Shown: positions 1 to 12,300 of the stretch, in pieces
How positions within the stretch are numbered: position 1 is the first letter of the stretch
Layout: every line of letters starts with the position of its first letter
Virus record (IMG/VR): IMGVR_UViG_3300025769_000004
DNA length: 64,000 nucleotides
Reading direction: 5' to 3' (one strand)
From: an uncultured virus (IMG/VR IMGVR_UViG_3300025769_000004)
Taxonomy: Duplodnaviria > Heunggongvirae > Uroviricota > Caudoviricetes > Crassvirales
Position numbers and translations under genes: made by a program
The notes under the pieces: model-generated
What the model was told of the DNA's origin: nothing
Databases searched by the model: none
Seen by the model: the letters and a program-made list of their open reading frames with translations, nothing else

Positions 1-12
1 GATGCTAAAAAA

Positions 13-1581
13 ATGTTCACAGATAAAGTTGTCCCGATATCCGTTAACTATCCGTTTTTCTTCAAGCCGATCCAGGATGGTATGGATCGTCCTAAGACCG
101 AACTGGCATATAGAGTCCCAGCTTCAAAACTTACTAGACGTAAACTAGATGACAATGTCAAACTAGCAGAACTAGAAGGATTAGACACAACAATAGATTG
201 GAAAAACACAGGAGATAACTCTTATGATGGTGAGAAGCTAAAGATACTAGCTCATGATGAGAGTGGTAAATGGGAAAGACCTGATAATATATTAAATAAC
301 TGGAGGGTTACGAAAACAACACTAAGACTAGGACGTAGAATCGTAGGTAAGTGTATGATGGGATCGACCTCAAACGCATTAGACAAAGGTGGAAACAACT
401 TCAAAAAATTATACTACAATTCAGACGCTACAAAAAGAAATAGAAATGGACAGACAAGTTCTGGACTCTACTCTCTTTTCATCCCTATGGAGTGGAACTA
501 CGAAGGATTCATGGATACTTTTGGACTACCTGTATTCACTACGCCAAAAGATAAAACAATCGGAGTTGATGGTATCAAAATTGAAACAGGAGTAATTGAG
601 CACTGGGAAAATGAAGTAGATGGTTTAAAGTCAGATCAAGATAGTTTAAATGAATACTATAGACAATTTCCAAGAACTGAACAACATGCTTTTAGAGATG
701 AAGCAAAACAATCTTTATTTAATCTAGTTAAAATATATGAACAGATAGATTACAATGAAGAAGTAAATAACTTAGCTAATGTAACACGAGGAAGTTTCCA
801 ATGGAGAAACGGTGTTAAAGATACTGAGGTTATTTTTTATCCAAATAATAACGGTAGATTTCTAATATCGTGGGTTCCTCCTAAAAATCTCCAAAATAGA
901 GTGATTATAAAGAATGGGGTAAAATACCCTGGTAATGAACACGTTGGTGCTTTCGGCTGTGATAGTTATGATATATCAGGAACAGTAGACGGTAAAGGTT
1001 CTAATGGAGCTTTACATGGTTTGACTAAATTCAGTATGGAAGACGTACCGCCTAATCATTTCTTTTTAGAATACATATCAAGACCCCAAACAGCAGAAAC
1101 TTTTTTTGAAGACGTTTTAATGTCATTAGTGTTTTATGGAATGCCTATTCTTGCTGAAAACAATAAGCCAAGATTATTGTACTATTTAAAACGAAGAGGT
1201 TATAGAGGTTTTTCAATGAATAGACCTGACAAAGTTTGGAACAAACTTTCAACAACAGAAAGAGAAGTTGGTGGAATACCAAATTCAAGTGAGGATATAA
1301 AACAAGCTCATGCAGCAGCTATTGAAAGTTATATAGAAGAGCATGTAGGTTTATTACAACATGGATATGGGGATATGTATCTACAAAAGACATTAGAAGA
1401 TTGGGCTATATTTAATATAAACAATAGAACAAAGCATGATGCTTCAATAAGTTCAGGGTTAGCTATAATGGCTTGTAACAAGAATAAATACAAACCCACA
1501 GCAGATAGAATTATACCTAAACTTGGTTTAAAGTTTAAAAAATACGACAATGAAGGATTTCTTTCAAAAATTAAAAAATAA
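13..1581 (+). CDS. Terminase large subunit (N-terminus probably truncated by the window edge)
   Basis: Walker-B-like ILAHDESGKW, coupling-motif-like MMGSTSN, C-terminal RNase-H-like nuclease motifs (FGCDSYD, LAENN, KHD). Directly upstream of the portal. The frame is open back to base 1. Confidence 0.85.
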   Translation: MFTDKVVPISVNYPFFFKPIQDGMDRPKTELAYRVPASKLTRRKLDDNVKLAELEGLDTTIDWKNTGDNSYDGEKLKILAHDESGKWERPDNILNNWRVTKTTLRLGRRIVGKCMMGSTSNALDKGGNNFKKLYYNSDATKRNRNGQTSSGLYSLFIPMEWNYEGFMDTFGLPVFTTPKDKTIGVDGIKIETGVIEHWENEVDGLKSDQDSLNEYYRQFPRTEQHAFRDEAKQSLFNLVKIYEQIDYNEEVNNLANVTRGSFQWRNGVKDTEVIFYPNNNGRFLISWVPPKNLQNRVIIKNGVKYPGNEHVGAFGCDSYDISGTVDGKGSNGALHGLTKFSMEDVPPNHFFLEYISRPQTAETFFEDVLMSLVFYGMPILAENNKPRLLYYLKRRGYRGFSMNRPDKVWNKLSTTEREVGGIPNSSEDIKQAHAAAIESYIEEHVGLLQHGYGDMYLQKTLEDWAIFNINNRTKHDASISSGLAIMACNKNKYKPTADRIIPKLGLKFKKYDNEGFLSKIKK

Positions 1582-3984
1582 ATGATTTATAGCAGTACTA
1601 ATAGTTCATTTCCAGATCAAGTAGTTTCGACTGAGGAAAAATTAACAAATGATTATGGTCTTAGAGTAGCTAGAGCTATCGAAGGGGAATGGTTTAGAAA
1701 CAATAGAGGTGGAGAGCGTTTTATAATGAATTATAATAATTTTCACAGACTAAGACTTTATGCTAGGGGAGAACAACCTATACAGAAATATAAAGATGAA
1801 TTGTCTATAAACGGTGACTTATCATATTTAAATTTAGATTGGCAAAACGTCCCTGTAATACCTAAGTTTGTTGATATCGTTGTAAATGGTATATCAAGCC
1901 GTAGTTATGCTATTAATGCTTACGCTCAAGATCCTACTTCTAATACTAAAAGAACTTCATACGCGAATAAACTATTAAAAGACGTAAGGCAAAGGGAATT
2001 ATTAGCTGCCATAAAACAATCTACTGGAGTTGATATAAGTAGTGGTGAAGCGTCTAGATTAGGTTTAGAAAATGAAGAAGATATTAAATTACATTTGCAA
2101 TTAAATTATAAGCAGTCTATAGAAATAGCTGAAGAAGAATTAATATCAAATGTACTAGCTAATAACAAATACGAATTAACTAATAGGCGATTAAATTATG
2201 ATTTAGCTGTTCTTGGTATAGGATGTGTTAAAACTAGTTTTAATAAATCTAACGGTGTTACTGTTGAGTACGTAGATCCTGCAAATATTGTTTATTCATA
2301 TACGGAAGATCCTAATTTTGAAGACATATACTACGTAGGGGAAGTTAAATCTATTCCTTTAGTAGAAATAAAAAAAGAATTTCCATGGTTAAGTGAGGAA
2401 GAATTAAAAAAGATACAACAGTATCAAGGTAATACTGAATATACTAGAAACTGGAACGGTAGAAGCGATAATCAAACTGTTCAAGTATTATATTTCGAGT
2501 GGAAATCCTATATGGATCAGGTTTTTAAAATAAAATATACTGATAATGGATTAGAAAAAGCTTTAGAAAAGCCAGATACTTTTTCTCCTGAACCAAATGA
2601 TAATTTTGATAGAGTATCTAGAAGTATAGAAGTGTTATACAGCGGCGCTAAAATACTAGGTATGGAGATGATGCTTGATTGGAGGTTAGCTGAAAATATG
2701 ACTAGACCATTTGCTAATAGTGTAAAAGTAAATATGAACTATAGCATATGCGCTCCTAGAATGTATAAGGGACGTATAGAATCACTAGTTTCTAGAATTA
2801 CTAGTTTTGCTGATATGATTCAGTTAACCCACCTTAAGCTGCAGCAAGTGATGTCTAGGGTAACTCCTGATGGAGTTTATTTAGATGTAGATGGTTTAGC
2901 TGAAGTTGACTTAGGAAATGGAACTAATTATAATCCTCAAGAAGCGTTGAATATGTACTTCCAGACTGGTAGTATAGTAGGTAGATCTTTAACGCAAGAT
3001 GGAGACTTAAACCATGGTAAAGTTCCAATACAGGAACTACAATCTTCTAGTGGTCAAGCTAAAATAGCTTCACTCATACAGACTTATCAGTATTATTTAC
3101 AAATGATTAGGGATGTAACCGGATTAAACGAAGCTAGAGATGGTAGCTCTCCTGATCCTAATTCTTTAGTAGGTTTACAGAAATTAGCAGCAGCAAACTC
3201 TAATACTGCAACAAGACATATATTACAGTCTAGTTTATACTTAACATTAAGATCTTGTGAAAATATAGCATTAAGAGCTGCAGATGCCATAAAGTTTCCA
3301 TTAACAAAAGAGGTTTTAACTAAAAGTATATCTAAGTTTAATACAGAGACTTTACATGAGTTAATACATTTAAACTTACATGACTTTGGCATATTCTTAG
3401 AACTAGAACCAGACGAGGATGAAAAGCAAATGCTAGAGCAAAATATACAAGTAGCATTGCAGTCTGGTCAAATATTTCTAGAAGATGCTATAGATTTAAG
3501 AGAGATAAAAAACCTAAAGCTAGCTAATCAAGTATTAAAACAAAGAAGACTAAAGAAACAAGCTCAAGATCAACAACAACAACAAGCTAATATACAAGCT
3601 CAATCACAAGCTAATGCTCAAGCAGCAGAAAGAGCTGCAGCAGCAGAAATGCAAAAAGCACAAGCTCTAAACCAAACTAATGTACAATTTGAACAAGCTA
3701 AGTCTCAATTCGAGATACAGAGATTAGAAAAAGAAGGTCAAATAAAACAACAGTTAATGGAAAAAGAATTTGAGTTTAACATGCAGTTAGCTCAAGCAAA
3801 AGTTGGTGTAGACAAGGAGAGAGAAAAATTTATAGAAGATCGTAAAGACAAAAGAACACAAATACAAGCCACTCAACAAAGCCAAATGATAGAACAACGA
3901 CAAACAGACGGAGTTCCTACAAATTTTGAATCAAATGGAAATGACGACATAGGTGGTTTTGGGTTAGACAATTTAAGCCCATAA
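1582..3984 (+). CDS. Portal protein
   Basis: 800 aa between terminase and scaffold/capsid; helical, with IRDVTGLNEARDG and a long Q/A-rich C-terminal coiled coil like podoviral portal barrels. Confidence 0.8.
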   Translation: MIYSSTNSSFPDQVVSTEEKLTNDYGLRVARAIEGEWFRNNRGGERFIMNYNNFHRLRLYARGEQPIQKYKDELSINGDLSYLNLDWQNVPVIPKFVDIVVNGISSRSYAINAYAQDPTSNTKRTSYANKLLKDVRQRELLAAIKQSTGVDISSGEASRLGLENEEDIKLHLQLNYKQSIEIAEEELISNVLANNKYELTNRRLNYDLAVLGIGCVKTSFNKSNGVTVEYVDPANIVYSYTEDPNFEDIYYVGEVKSIPLVEIKKEFPWLSEEELKKIQQYQGNTEYTRNWNGRSDNQTVQVLYFEWKSYMDQVFKIKYTDNGLEKALEKPDTFSPEPNDNFDRVSRSIEVLYSGAKILGMEMMLDWRLAENMTRPFANSVKVNMNYSICAPRMYKGRIESLVSRITSFADMIQLTHLKLQQVMSRVTPDGVYLDVDGLAEVDLGNGTNYNPQEALNMYFQTGSIVGRSLTQDGDLNHGKVPIQELQSSSGQAKIASLIQTYQYYLQMIRDVTGLNEARDGSSPDPNSLVGLQKLAAANSNTATRHILQSSLYLTLRSCENIALRAADAIKFPLTKEVLTKSISKFNTETLHELIHLNLHDFGIFLELEPDEDEKQMLEQNIQVALQSGQIFLEDAIDLREIKNLKLANQVLKQRRLKKQAQDQQQQQANIQAQSQANAQAAERAAAAEMQKAQALNQTNVQFEQAKSQFEIQRLEKEGQIKQQLMEKEFEFNMQLAQAKVGVDKEREKFIEDRKDKRTQIQATQQSQMIEQRQTDGVPTNFESNGNDDIGGFGLDNLSP

Positions 3985-4010
3985 TTTTTTAAATTATATA
4001 ATATTATATT

Positions 4011-5072
4011 ATGTCACAAAGTAAATCAGGTAAATTAACTATTAAAAAGAAACCTACAAAAAAAGAAAACGATGCCACTACAGAGTCAAGCACAGTGCGT
4101 TTGGATGAGAATAAACAAACCGAAAATGTTCAAGAAGTGGAAGAACAGTTATCCAAACCAGAAGTGCAAGAATCTCCCGTACAAGAAGAGGCGGTTCAAG
4201 AAATAATTGAGATATCAGCTACTGAAGAATCACCTGCAGAGCCAGTCAAAAGTGTAGAAGTTCCAGAAAACTTAGAAAAGCTAATAAGTTTTATGAATGA
4301 AACAGGGGGAGATATACAAGACTACGCTAGGTTAAATGCAGATTATTCAAATGTTAACGATCAAACATTACTCAATGAATACTACAAAAATACTAAACCT
4401 CATTTAAATTCTGAAGAAATAACATTTACATTAAATGATAAGTTTTCATATAATGAAGATGAGGAAGACGAGCGAGAAGTTAAAAAGAAAAAACTTGCTC
4501 TAAAAGAAGAAATTGCAAAAGCTAAGAACTATTTAGTTGAAATGAAGGATAAATACTATGAAGATCTTAAGTTAAGGTCTACTGGTTCTACAGATCAACA
4601 AGAGGCTATTAACTTTTTCAATAGATACAAGCAGACCCAAGAGCTAAATAAAAAGCAACACAGTGAATTTGTTAAAAGTACTAATGATTATTTCCAGAAT
4701 AAATTCGAAGGTTTCGATTTTGATATAGGTGATAAAAAATTTAGATACAAAATTTCAAATTCAGAAAGTGTTTCTAAAAACCAGGTTGACGTGCAAAATT
4801 TTCTAAAGACGTTCTTAGATGAAAAAGGAGCAGTTATTGATACGCCAGGTTACCACAAAGCTATATACTCTGCGAAAAACATAGACAAAATAGCAAGTCA
4901 TTTTTATGAACAAGGAAAAGCAGATGGAATAAAAGATATTACAGCTAACGCTAATAATATAACAACTGAAGCTAGAAAGGTTCCTAATGATACAATGTAT
5001 CTAAATGGTTTGCGTGTTAAGGCTATTAACGGTGTTGATACATCAAAATTAAAAATTAAAAAACGAAAATAA
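4011..5072 (+). CDS. Putative capsid scaffolding protein
   Basis: Acidic low-complexity N-terminus, coiled coil, position between portal and capsid. Confidence 0.6.
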   Translation: MSQSKSGKLTIKKKPTKKENDATTESSTVRLDENKQTENVQEVEEQLSKPEVQESPVQEEAVQEIIEISATEESPAEPVKSVEVPENLEKLISFMNETGGDIQDYARLNADYSNVNDQTLLNEYYKNTKPHLNSEEITFTLNDKFSYNEDEEDEREVKKKKLALKEEIAKAKNYLVEMKDKYYEDLKLRSTGSTDQQEAINFFNRYKQTQELNKKQHSEFVKSTNDYFQNKFEGFDFDIGDKKFRYKISNSESVSKNQVDVQNFLKTFLDEKGAVIDTPGYHKAIYSAKNIDKIASHFYEQGKADGIKDITANANNITTEARKVPNDTMYLNGLRVKAINGVDTSKLKIKKRK

Positions 5073-5084
5073 ATTTAAACTAAA

Positions 5085-6548
5085 ATGGGAGAATTTGTAA
5101 GCAATGGCGCACCCGGAGGAATTGGAGCTTTTCCAGCATCTCTTGCACCATCACAAAACAAAGTTGTTCTTGAGAGCAACTATTTGAAATTTGACGGTGA
5201 GGACGGCGTCAACTTTTCACAACAATATCTACCTGAGCTTTACGAAGCTGAAGTAGAAAGATACGGGAACAGAACATTATCTGCTTTCTTGAGAATGGTA
5301 GGAGCAGAAATGCCTATGACTTCTGATCAAGTAATTTGGTCTGAGCAAAATAGATTACACGTGTCTTACGATTCTGTTGTAATTGCTGGTGCTAACTCTA
5401 TCACTGTTACTGTTCCAGCTGAAAACACAGGTAACTGTGCTATTAGAAAAGGACAAACAGTTGCTATATCTAATGGTTATACTACTATAAAAGCTTATGT
5501 TACTGCTGCTCCAACAGGCGCAAACGTAACATGGACTGTTACTGTAGAGTGCTATCAGTTTGCTGATCTAACTACTGCTGGTTTAGCTAATGGAGACAAT
5601 GTAACTGTATTTGTTTACGGTTCTGAGTTTGCTAAAGGTACAGAAGGAATGGACACAGCTATTGAGCCAGTATTGACTCAGTTTAGTAACAAACCAATTA
5701 TCATTAAAGACTTTTTCGAAGTATCAGGTTCTGATGCTGCACAAATCGGTTGGGTAGAAATAGCTACTGAAGAAGGTGCATCTGGATACTTATGGTATTT
5801 AAAGTCTGAGTCTGAAACAAGATTAAGATTTGAAGATTATCTTGAAATGGCGATGGTTGAAGGTGAACTAAGAGGAGCAACTAGTGGTATTCCTGCTGGT
5901 GACAAGATCGGTGGTACACAAGGTATGTTTGCTGCTATTGAGGAAAGAGGATTAGTATACGAAGATTTCGCTGCTGCTCCAGTTCCTGCTAATGGTTCTT
6001 TAGGAGATTTTGATAATATCCTACAACAACTAGATAAGCAAGGTGCAATTGAAGAAAACATGTTATTCTTAAACAGAGCTACTGCTTTGGATTTTGATGA
6101 TATGTTAGGCGCGATTGGTGCTGGATATGACGGTGGAACTTCATACGGTCTTTTTGACAATGAAGCTGATATGGCTTTAAATTTAGGTTTCTCTGGTTTC
6201 AGAAGAGGTTCTTATGACTTCTACAAGACAGATTGGAAATATCTAAATGATGCTTCTACTAGAGGGTTAACTAAAGACATCGATGGTGTTTTAGTTCCAG
6301 CTGGTACAACTACTGTTTATGATCAAATGATGGGATCAAATATTCGTAGACCATTCTTACACGTACGTTACAGAGCTTCTGAAGCGGATGATAGAAGAAT
6401 GAAGTCTTGGGTGACTGGTTCTGTAGGTGGAGCTTATACTTCATCTCTTGATGCTATGCAGATTCACTTTTTATCTGAAAGATGTTTAGTGACTCAAGCT
6501 GCTAATAACTTCGTGTTATTTACAGCTACTGCTAACCCAGCAGCATAA
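5085..6548 (+). CDS. Major capsid protein
   Basis: 487 aa with strongly biased codon usage (GCT, GGT, ACT), follows the scaffold and is followed by a strong terminator. Confidence 0.8.
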   Translation: MGEFVSNGAPGGIGAFPASLAPSQNKVVLESNYLKFDGEDGVNFSQQYLPELYEAEVERYGNRTLSAFLRMVGAEMPMTSDQVIWSEQNRLHVSYDSVVIAGANSITVTVPAENTGNCAIRKGQTVAISNGYTTIKAYVTAAPTGANVTWTVTVECYQFADLTTAGLANGDNVTVFVYGSEFAKGTEGMDTAIEPVLTQFSNKPIIIKDFFEVSGSDAAQIGWVEIATEEGASGYLWYLKSESETRLRFEDYLEMAMVEGELRGATSGIPAGDKIGGTQGMFAAIEERGLVYEDFAAAPVPANGSLGDFDNILQQLDKQGAIEENMLFLNRATALDFDDMLGAIGAGYDGGTSYGLFDNEADMALNLGFSGFRRGSYDFYKTDWKYLNDASTRGLTKDIDGVLVPAGTTTVYDQMMGSNIRRPFLHVRYRASEADDRRMKSWVTGSVGGAYTSSLDAMQIHFLSERCLVTQAANNFVLFTATANPAA

Positions 6549-6559
6549 AAACAACTACT

Positions 6560-6589
6560 AAGACCCTCAGTAAAATGAGGGTCTTTTTT
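6560..6589 (+). terminator. Intrinsic terminator after capsid gene
   Basis: AAGACCCTCA-gtaaaa-TGAGGGTCTT stem followed by a T run. Confidence 0.85.
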
Positions 6590-6609
6590 AACTTATATTA
6601 TATTATATC

Positions 6610-7386
6610 ATGGAAACAAAAGAAAAGAAAAAACCTACAGTAAAAAAAGATACTTGGGAGATTAAAGATAGATATTATCATTTAAATCAAAATAGAACAC
6701 CATTAAATTACACAATAAATTCTAGACATTCAGCTAGAAAACCACTCCTTTATTTTGATGAAAGTACAAACACTCAGAGAGAATTAAGATATGCTACAAA
6801 TCAAAACTCTCCGTTTGTTGATGAGCAAAAAGGTCAAGTTACCTTAGGTCATATTACATTTGAAGATGGAGTGTTAAGAGTTCCTAAAAGAAATCAAGCA
6901 TTACAAAAAATGTTATCTTTATACCATCCTAACAGAAACAAAACTTTCAGTGAAAAAGATGCTGTTATAGAAGCTAGCAATGACTTAGCTTATTTAGAAT
7001 ATGAAGCTAAAGCTATGATGACTGCTTTTGAAATAGACATTGATCAAGCAGAAGCAATACTAAGAGTTGAGATAGGATCTAGTGTTAATAAAATGAGTTC
7101 TAAGGAAATAAAAAGAGATTTAATAATGCTTGCAAAAAGCAATCCAGTTTTATTTTTAGAACTAGCTAATGACGAAAATGTTATGCTTAGAAATTTTGCT
7201 ATAAAAGCAAAAGAAGCTGGCATAGTTAAATTATCTCAAGACAACAGAGTTTTCACTTGGGGAAGTAATGGTAAAAAACTAATGACCATACCTTTTGAAG
7301 AAAATCCATATTCAGCAATGGCTGCTTGGTTCCAAACAGACGAAGGTTTAGAAGTTTATAAATCTATAGAGAAAAAGTTCTCATAA
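6610..7386 (+). CDS. Phage protein, head module, function unknown
   Basis: 258-aa ORF in the structural operon. Confidence 0.6.
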   Translation: METKEKKKPTVKKDTWEIKDRYYHLNQNRTPLNYTINSRHSARKPLLYFDESTNTQRELRYATNQNSPFVDEQKGQVTLGHITFEDGVLRVPKRNQALQKMLSLYHPNRNKTFSEKDAVIEASNDLAYLEYEAKAMMTAFEIDIDQAEAILRVEIGSSVNKMSSKEIKRDLIMLAKSNPVLFLELANDENVMLRNFAIKAKEAGIVKLSQDNRVFTWGSNGKKLMTIPFEENPYSAMAAWFQTDEGLEVYKSIEKKFS

Positions 7387-7401
7387 CATGTAACTATATA
7401 T

Positions 7402-7430
7402 AAGGGCGGCAAAACGCCGCTCTTTTTTTT
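7402..7430 (+). terminator. Intrinsic terminator
   Basis: AAGGGCGGC-aaaac-GCCGCTCTT stem followed by a long T run. Confidence 0.8.
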
Positions 7431-7443
7431 TAAAATATTAATA

Positions 7444-8148
7444 ATGGCAATAAACGCAAATACAGTATATCAAACCGTTTTACTTATATTGAATAAAGAG
7501 CAGAGAGGATATATGACTCCATTAGAATTTAATAAAACATCTACACAGGTTCAGTTGGAGATATTTGAAAGTTATTTCGAAGATTTAAACCAACAACTTA
7601 GAATGCCTGAAAACGATACTGCATATGCGAATAGGGTTAAGCACATTGAAGAAAAAATAAGTATATTTGAAACCTCTGACAATGTAAGCACCTTACTGCC
7701 TAAAGATTGTCATAGAGTTGGAACGCTGGTATATTACAAGCCAAACTCTAATACAATTATTGAGTGTCAAGAAGTCTCAGTACACGAATATAACTTAATG
7801 ACTAGATCCCCTCTTACAGCACCGTCGACTGAATTTCCAATATATTATTTATCGTCACAAGGTACAATAAATGTTTACCCAACAGGTTTAAATCTTTTAG
7901 GAAATACTAGATTGAATTATATTAGAAAACCTAAAGATATAGAATGGGCATACTCTGTTGATTCTAGTAATGGAGCTTATATATGGGCAGGACAAGGCTC
8001 TGGACAAGACTTTGAAATCGATGACAGTGAGCAAACAGAACTTATATTAAAAATACTAGCTTATGCTGGTATAATAATAAAAGATCCTCAAATAATACAA
8101 ACAGCATCCGCAATGGCTCAACAACAGGATCAAAACGAAAAATCATAA
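7444..8148 (+). CDS. Putative head-tail adaptor/ring protein
   Basis: 234 aa; helical termini around a beta-rich core (LNYIRKP); synteny after capsid. Confidence 0.55.
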   Translation: MAINANTVYQTVLLILNKEQRGYMTPLEFNKTSTQVQLEIFESYFEDLNQQLRMPENDTAYANRVKHIEEKISIFETSDNVSTLLPKDCHRVGTLVYYKPNSNTIIECQEVSVHEYNLMTRSPLTAPSTEFPIYYLSSQGTINVYPTGLNLLGNTRLNYIRKPKDIEWAYSVDSSNGAYIWAGQGSGQDFEIDDSEQTELILKILAYAGIIIKDPQIIQTASAMAQQQDQNEKS

Positions 8149-8151
8149 ATT

Positions 8152-9357
8152 ATGGCTAACTCACCTAACGGAGGTTTAATAACAGAAACAAATTACCAGT
8201 ATTATGAGGGACAAGAGATCATAAACATAACTAGTCCTACTACATTTTTTAATTTCAACTCTTTTAACACTGAGTTAGTAGATGAAAGTACAGATGGAAA
8301 TGCTAATTATGTAATAGAGTATTCTCCTTTAAATTCGTCTCAACCTGTTTTTACACCTTTACTTTTAGAGCAGTATAGTTCTGAAAATAATGGTGTAACT
8401 ATTTACTTTGAAGATCCACTTAACCCAGGTGTTTATGACCAGCCTGTACCAGCTAATAGTATGATAAGATGCAGGTTAGTTATACCTTCTAAATGGGAAA
8501 ACTATGGAGGTTATGAATATGTTAGTTTAACAGATGTGGTGAACAACTTTATGGTTGGCTACGTAGGTACTGATAAAATAATTCAACACGTTAAAAGATC
8601 TGATGTAATTTTTCATGCTAAAAGAGGTTTACAAGAATTTAGTTATGATACATTAAAAAGTGTTAAGTCTCAAGAGTTAACTATACCACCAAGCTTGTCT
8701 TTGATAATACCACAAGACTATGTTAATTATGTTCAAATGTCTTGGGTTGACTCTATCGGCGTTAAACATATTATTTATCCTACTACTTTAACTAGCAATC
8801 CTTATAATGTTCCTGCTCAAGACCAACTTGGAGTACCTACACAAGATAATTTTGGAGAAAACGTTGAAACAACTTCATTGACAAATGAAAGATGGAAACA
8901 AGCGAACGATTTAAATATAACAGGTCAAGCGGCTCAATGGATGTTTGGTAATGCTAATGTATATAATTGGCAATGGTGGAAAGCTGCTTATGGAGAAAGA
9001 TATGGTTTAGACCCATTATACACAAACGAAAACGGTTGGTTTACTATAGATAGAAGAGAAGGTAAATTTTCTTTTAGTAGTAATTTAAGAGGTAAATTAA
9101 TAATTCTTAGCTATGTGTCTGATGGTTTAGCTTATGATGAGGATATGAAGTTTCCTAAAATGGCTGAAGAAGCTATTTACTCTCATATAGCTTACTCTAT
9201 TTTAGCAAATAAGAGAAACATACCTGAGTATATAGTTCAAAGATTTAAAAAAGAAAAAAGAGCTAAGCTAAGAAACACTAAGATAAGATTAAGTGATATT
9301 AAACTAGAGGCGTTTACTCAAGTTATGAGAGGTAAGTCGAAGTGGATTAAACACTAA
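8152..9357 (+). CDS. Putative structural (adaptor/ring-like) protein
   Basis: 401 aa; LIIPQDYVNYVQM motif; synteny. Confidence 0.5.
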   Translation: MANSPNGGLITETNYQYYEGQEIINITSPTTFFNFNSFNTELVDESTDGNANYVIEYSPLNSSQPVFTPLLLEQYSSENNGVTIYFEDPLNPGVYDQPVPANSMIRCRLVIPSKWENYGGYEYVSLTDVVNNFMVGYVGTDKIIQHVKRSDVIFHAKRGLQEFSYDTLKSVKSQELTIPPSLSLIIPQDYVNYVQMSWVDSIGVKHIIYPTTLTSNPYNVPAQDQLGVPTQDNFGENVETTSLTNERWKQANDLNITGQAAQWMFGNANVYNWQWWKAAYGERYGLDPLYTNENGWFTIDRREGKFSFSSNLRGKLIILSYVSDGLAYDEDMKFPKMAEEAIYSHIAYSILANKRNIPEYIVQRFKKEKRAKLRNTKIRLSDIKLEAFTQVMRGKSKWIKH

Positions 9358-9363
9358 AATATA

Positions 9364-12300
9364 ATGGCAGAAGTAAAAAATACGTTCATCAAATCAAAGA
9401 TGAACAAGGATTTAGATGATAGATTAATTCCAAATGGAGAATATAGAAATGCTGTAAACATAAATGTTTCAAAATCTGAAGGACCAGATGTTGGCGCAAT
9501 GGAAAATGTTTTAGGAAATATTTCTATTGAAGACTTTGGCTTGACGTCAGGCGAGAATATATCTATAATAGGCAAATATATGGATATATCTAATGATTTT
9601 ATTTTTGTATTTATGACGGATTATACTGACTCTTCTCCTGATCAGTTAAGCAATTTTGCTCCATCTTCATCTAAGCATTATGTTTGGAGATACAATTTAA
9701 GAAGTGATCAACCAACTTTAATATTAGGTCCAGAAACTAACACTGACACAAGATTTGACTTTTTGAATTTTTCAAAAACACATCCTATAGATAACGTTAA
9801 TTTAATAGAGGATTTACTGTTTTGGACAGACAATAGAAATCAACCAAGAAAGATAAATATAAATAGAGAAGTAGGTTACTATACTAATGAAGATCAAATA
9901 TCAGTAGCTAAGTATTATCCTTACCAGCCAATTCAACTATTTGATGAAGTTGTTACTGGTCTAACAATAATAAACTCTGGATCAGGTTATCAAACATGTA
10001 GTAATAATCCTAACTCTTGTGGTGTTTCTATGTTTTCTAATGTAGGTCAAGGAGGTAGTGGTCTTACTGTAAACATAACAGGGGTGACTAATCCTAGTGG
10101 TAATTTCCCTCCAACAGGTGGGGTTACTGATTTGACTATAAATACAGTAGGAAACGGATATGTTGATGGGCAACAACTCGCTTTAAACCAAAAATCTAGC
10201 AGTGGTCCTCCTGGTTCAGGGTGTGTTGTGGAAGTATCAACAGAGCTACAATGTACAATGACAAATAAGTCTGAAGAATTTTTTGCGCTACCTGAGATTG
10301 TTGAAAACTCAAATCCTAACTACGACTCAGAATGGGAGGGAGATATAGATTTCTTACAAGATAAGTTTGTTAGATTTAGTTACAGGTTTCAATTTGAAGA
10401 TGGCGAATATTCTTTGATGGCGCCGTTTACTCAACCTTGCTTTATACCAAAGCAGTATGGTTACTTCAACTCTGTCCCTTCTGCTGAACCTAATGTTGAT
10501 TGGGAGATTAATGATCAAGAAGCAGCCTATGAGTCTACAATAGTTAAGTTCATGGAAAACCTTGTTCAAGAAGTAACTTTTGTAATACCTAGCCCAGTTG
10601 TTAATCCTTTTGTAAATTTAAGAATAAAAGGCATAGAGATATTATATAAAGATAGCAATCAAGGATCAATTAGAGTAGTGGACACTATAAAAGGTAGATC
10701 TTTAGAAGATAATGTTTTCGCTGACGCTTTCTATGCTTATAAGTCAGAAAAGCCATACAAAGCTTTACCTGAAAGAGAGACAACAAGAGTTTATGATCAA
10801 GTTCCAGTTAGAGCTCTTACTCAGGAAGTTGCTGGCAATAGAATTATATATGGAAACTATCTTGACAGACAAGCATATCCTAAAAATATAGAGTATAGAG
10901 TTGGTTTTTCAGACAAATGGCAACCTTCTAATGTAGTATACAATAGACCGTTTGTGACAAACGCATCTGTAGAATATCCTAACCATAGCGTAAAACAGAA
11001 TAGAAGCTATCAGGTTGGTATAGTTCTATCTGATAGATATGGAAGGCAATCTCCAGTTATATTATCAAGCAGTGACATACCTTTTAATCCTACTACAGGT
11101 TTTGGAGGAGATACTATATATGTTCCTTATAGAAATGATTTAAATGTTACTGGCCCTAGCTATGATGAAGCTGTTTGGAAATGGCCTGGATATTCTTTAA
11201 AAGTATTATTTAACAATGTAATCGCTACTGGTAAAGTTGGCGAATGGAGCGAAAAAAATCCTTTGGGTTGGTATTCTTACAAGGTTGTAGTAAAACAGCA
11301 AGAACAAGACTACTACAATGTATATCTACCTGGGCTACTAAACGGTTATCCATCTAGAAGGCTTGGTGAAGGCAATGATAAGAATATGGTAGCATTTACA
11401 CCTCTTATTAATGATAATATAAATAAAATACCTAGAAGACTAAATGAGGTTGGACCTAATGAAAAATTATATGGTAGTGGTGTTTTACTATATGGTAGAG
11501 TAACTAACTGGTGGGAAGGGTTCGCATCTCCAGAAGAGGAAGTATATCCTGGTGTTAATTATACTAGACAATTTAATATAGCTCCTGGAAAATACGACGT
11601 AGCAGTGACAATAGGACCTAAGTCAGATTTATCACTAAATGATGTTATACCTGATGCTTTAATGCCTCCATATGTTGAAGTTCCAGATAGTAGTACATCT
11701 GGAGAATTTCCTTTTTATAATGGAAGTAACAACCCTTTATTCGCGTCTATAGAGCCATCTATTGAGCTTATAAATCCCAACACTATTCCTACACCAGCCC
11801 CTAACACTATAGGTGTAGTTGGTTATAACAATGGTTTCTTTAAAGATCCTTTAGAAGAAGATAAACAATGGACAGCTTTTCAGCCACAGTTATCAATATA
11901 TGAAACAGCGCCTACTGAATCAAATATAGATATATACTGGGAAACAACATCAGCTGGGTTAATAAGTGAGTTAAATGAGGAAATAAGAAATGGCGATCCT
12001 ACACTACCTTTTGAAGTAGAAGATTGGAACTTTTTTTTACCAGAAGATCAAACGCTTTTACCAACGAATTCATATGTTACTGATAATTTTTATTTTAAAA
12101 ACTTATTAGGAAATCAAATAACCGATATAGTTTCAGTGTCTAATCTACTTGTAACTGACATATCTTTTCCTACACCTACTGTGTTAAACAATATATTTAT
12201 CTTGGAATACCAAGGTGGTAATACAGCTAGAATTAAGCTAGTGCCTAACACACCATTAGTATTTTTAGAAAATGTTAATGAAAGAATTTTTGAGTTTACT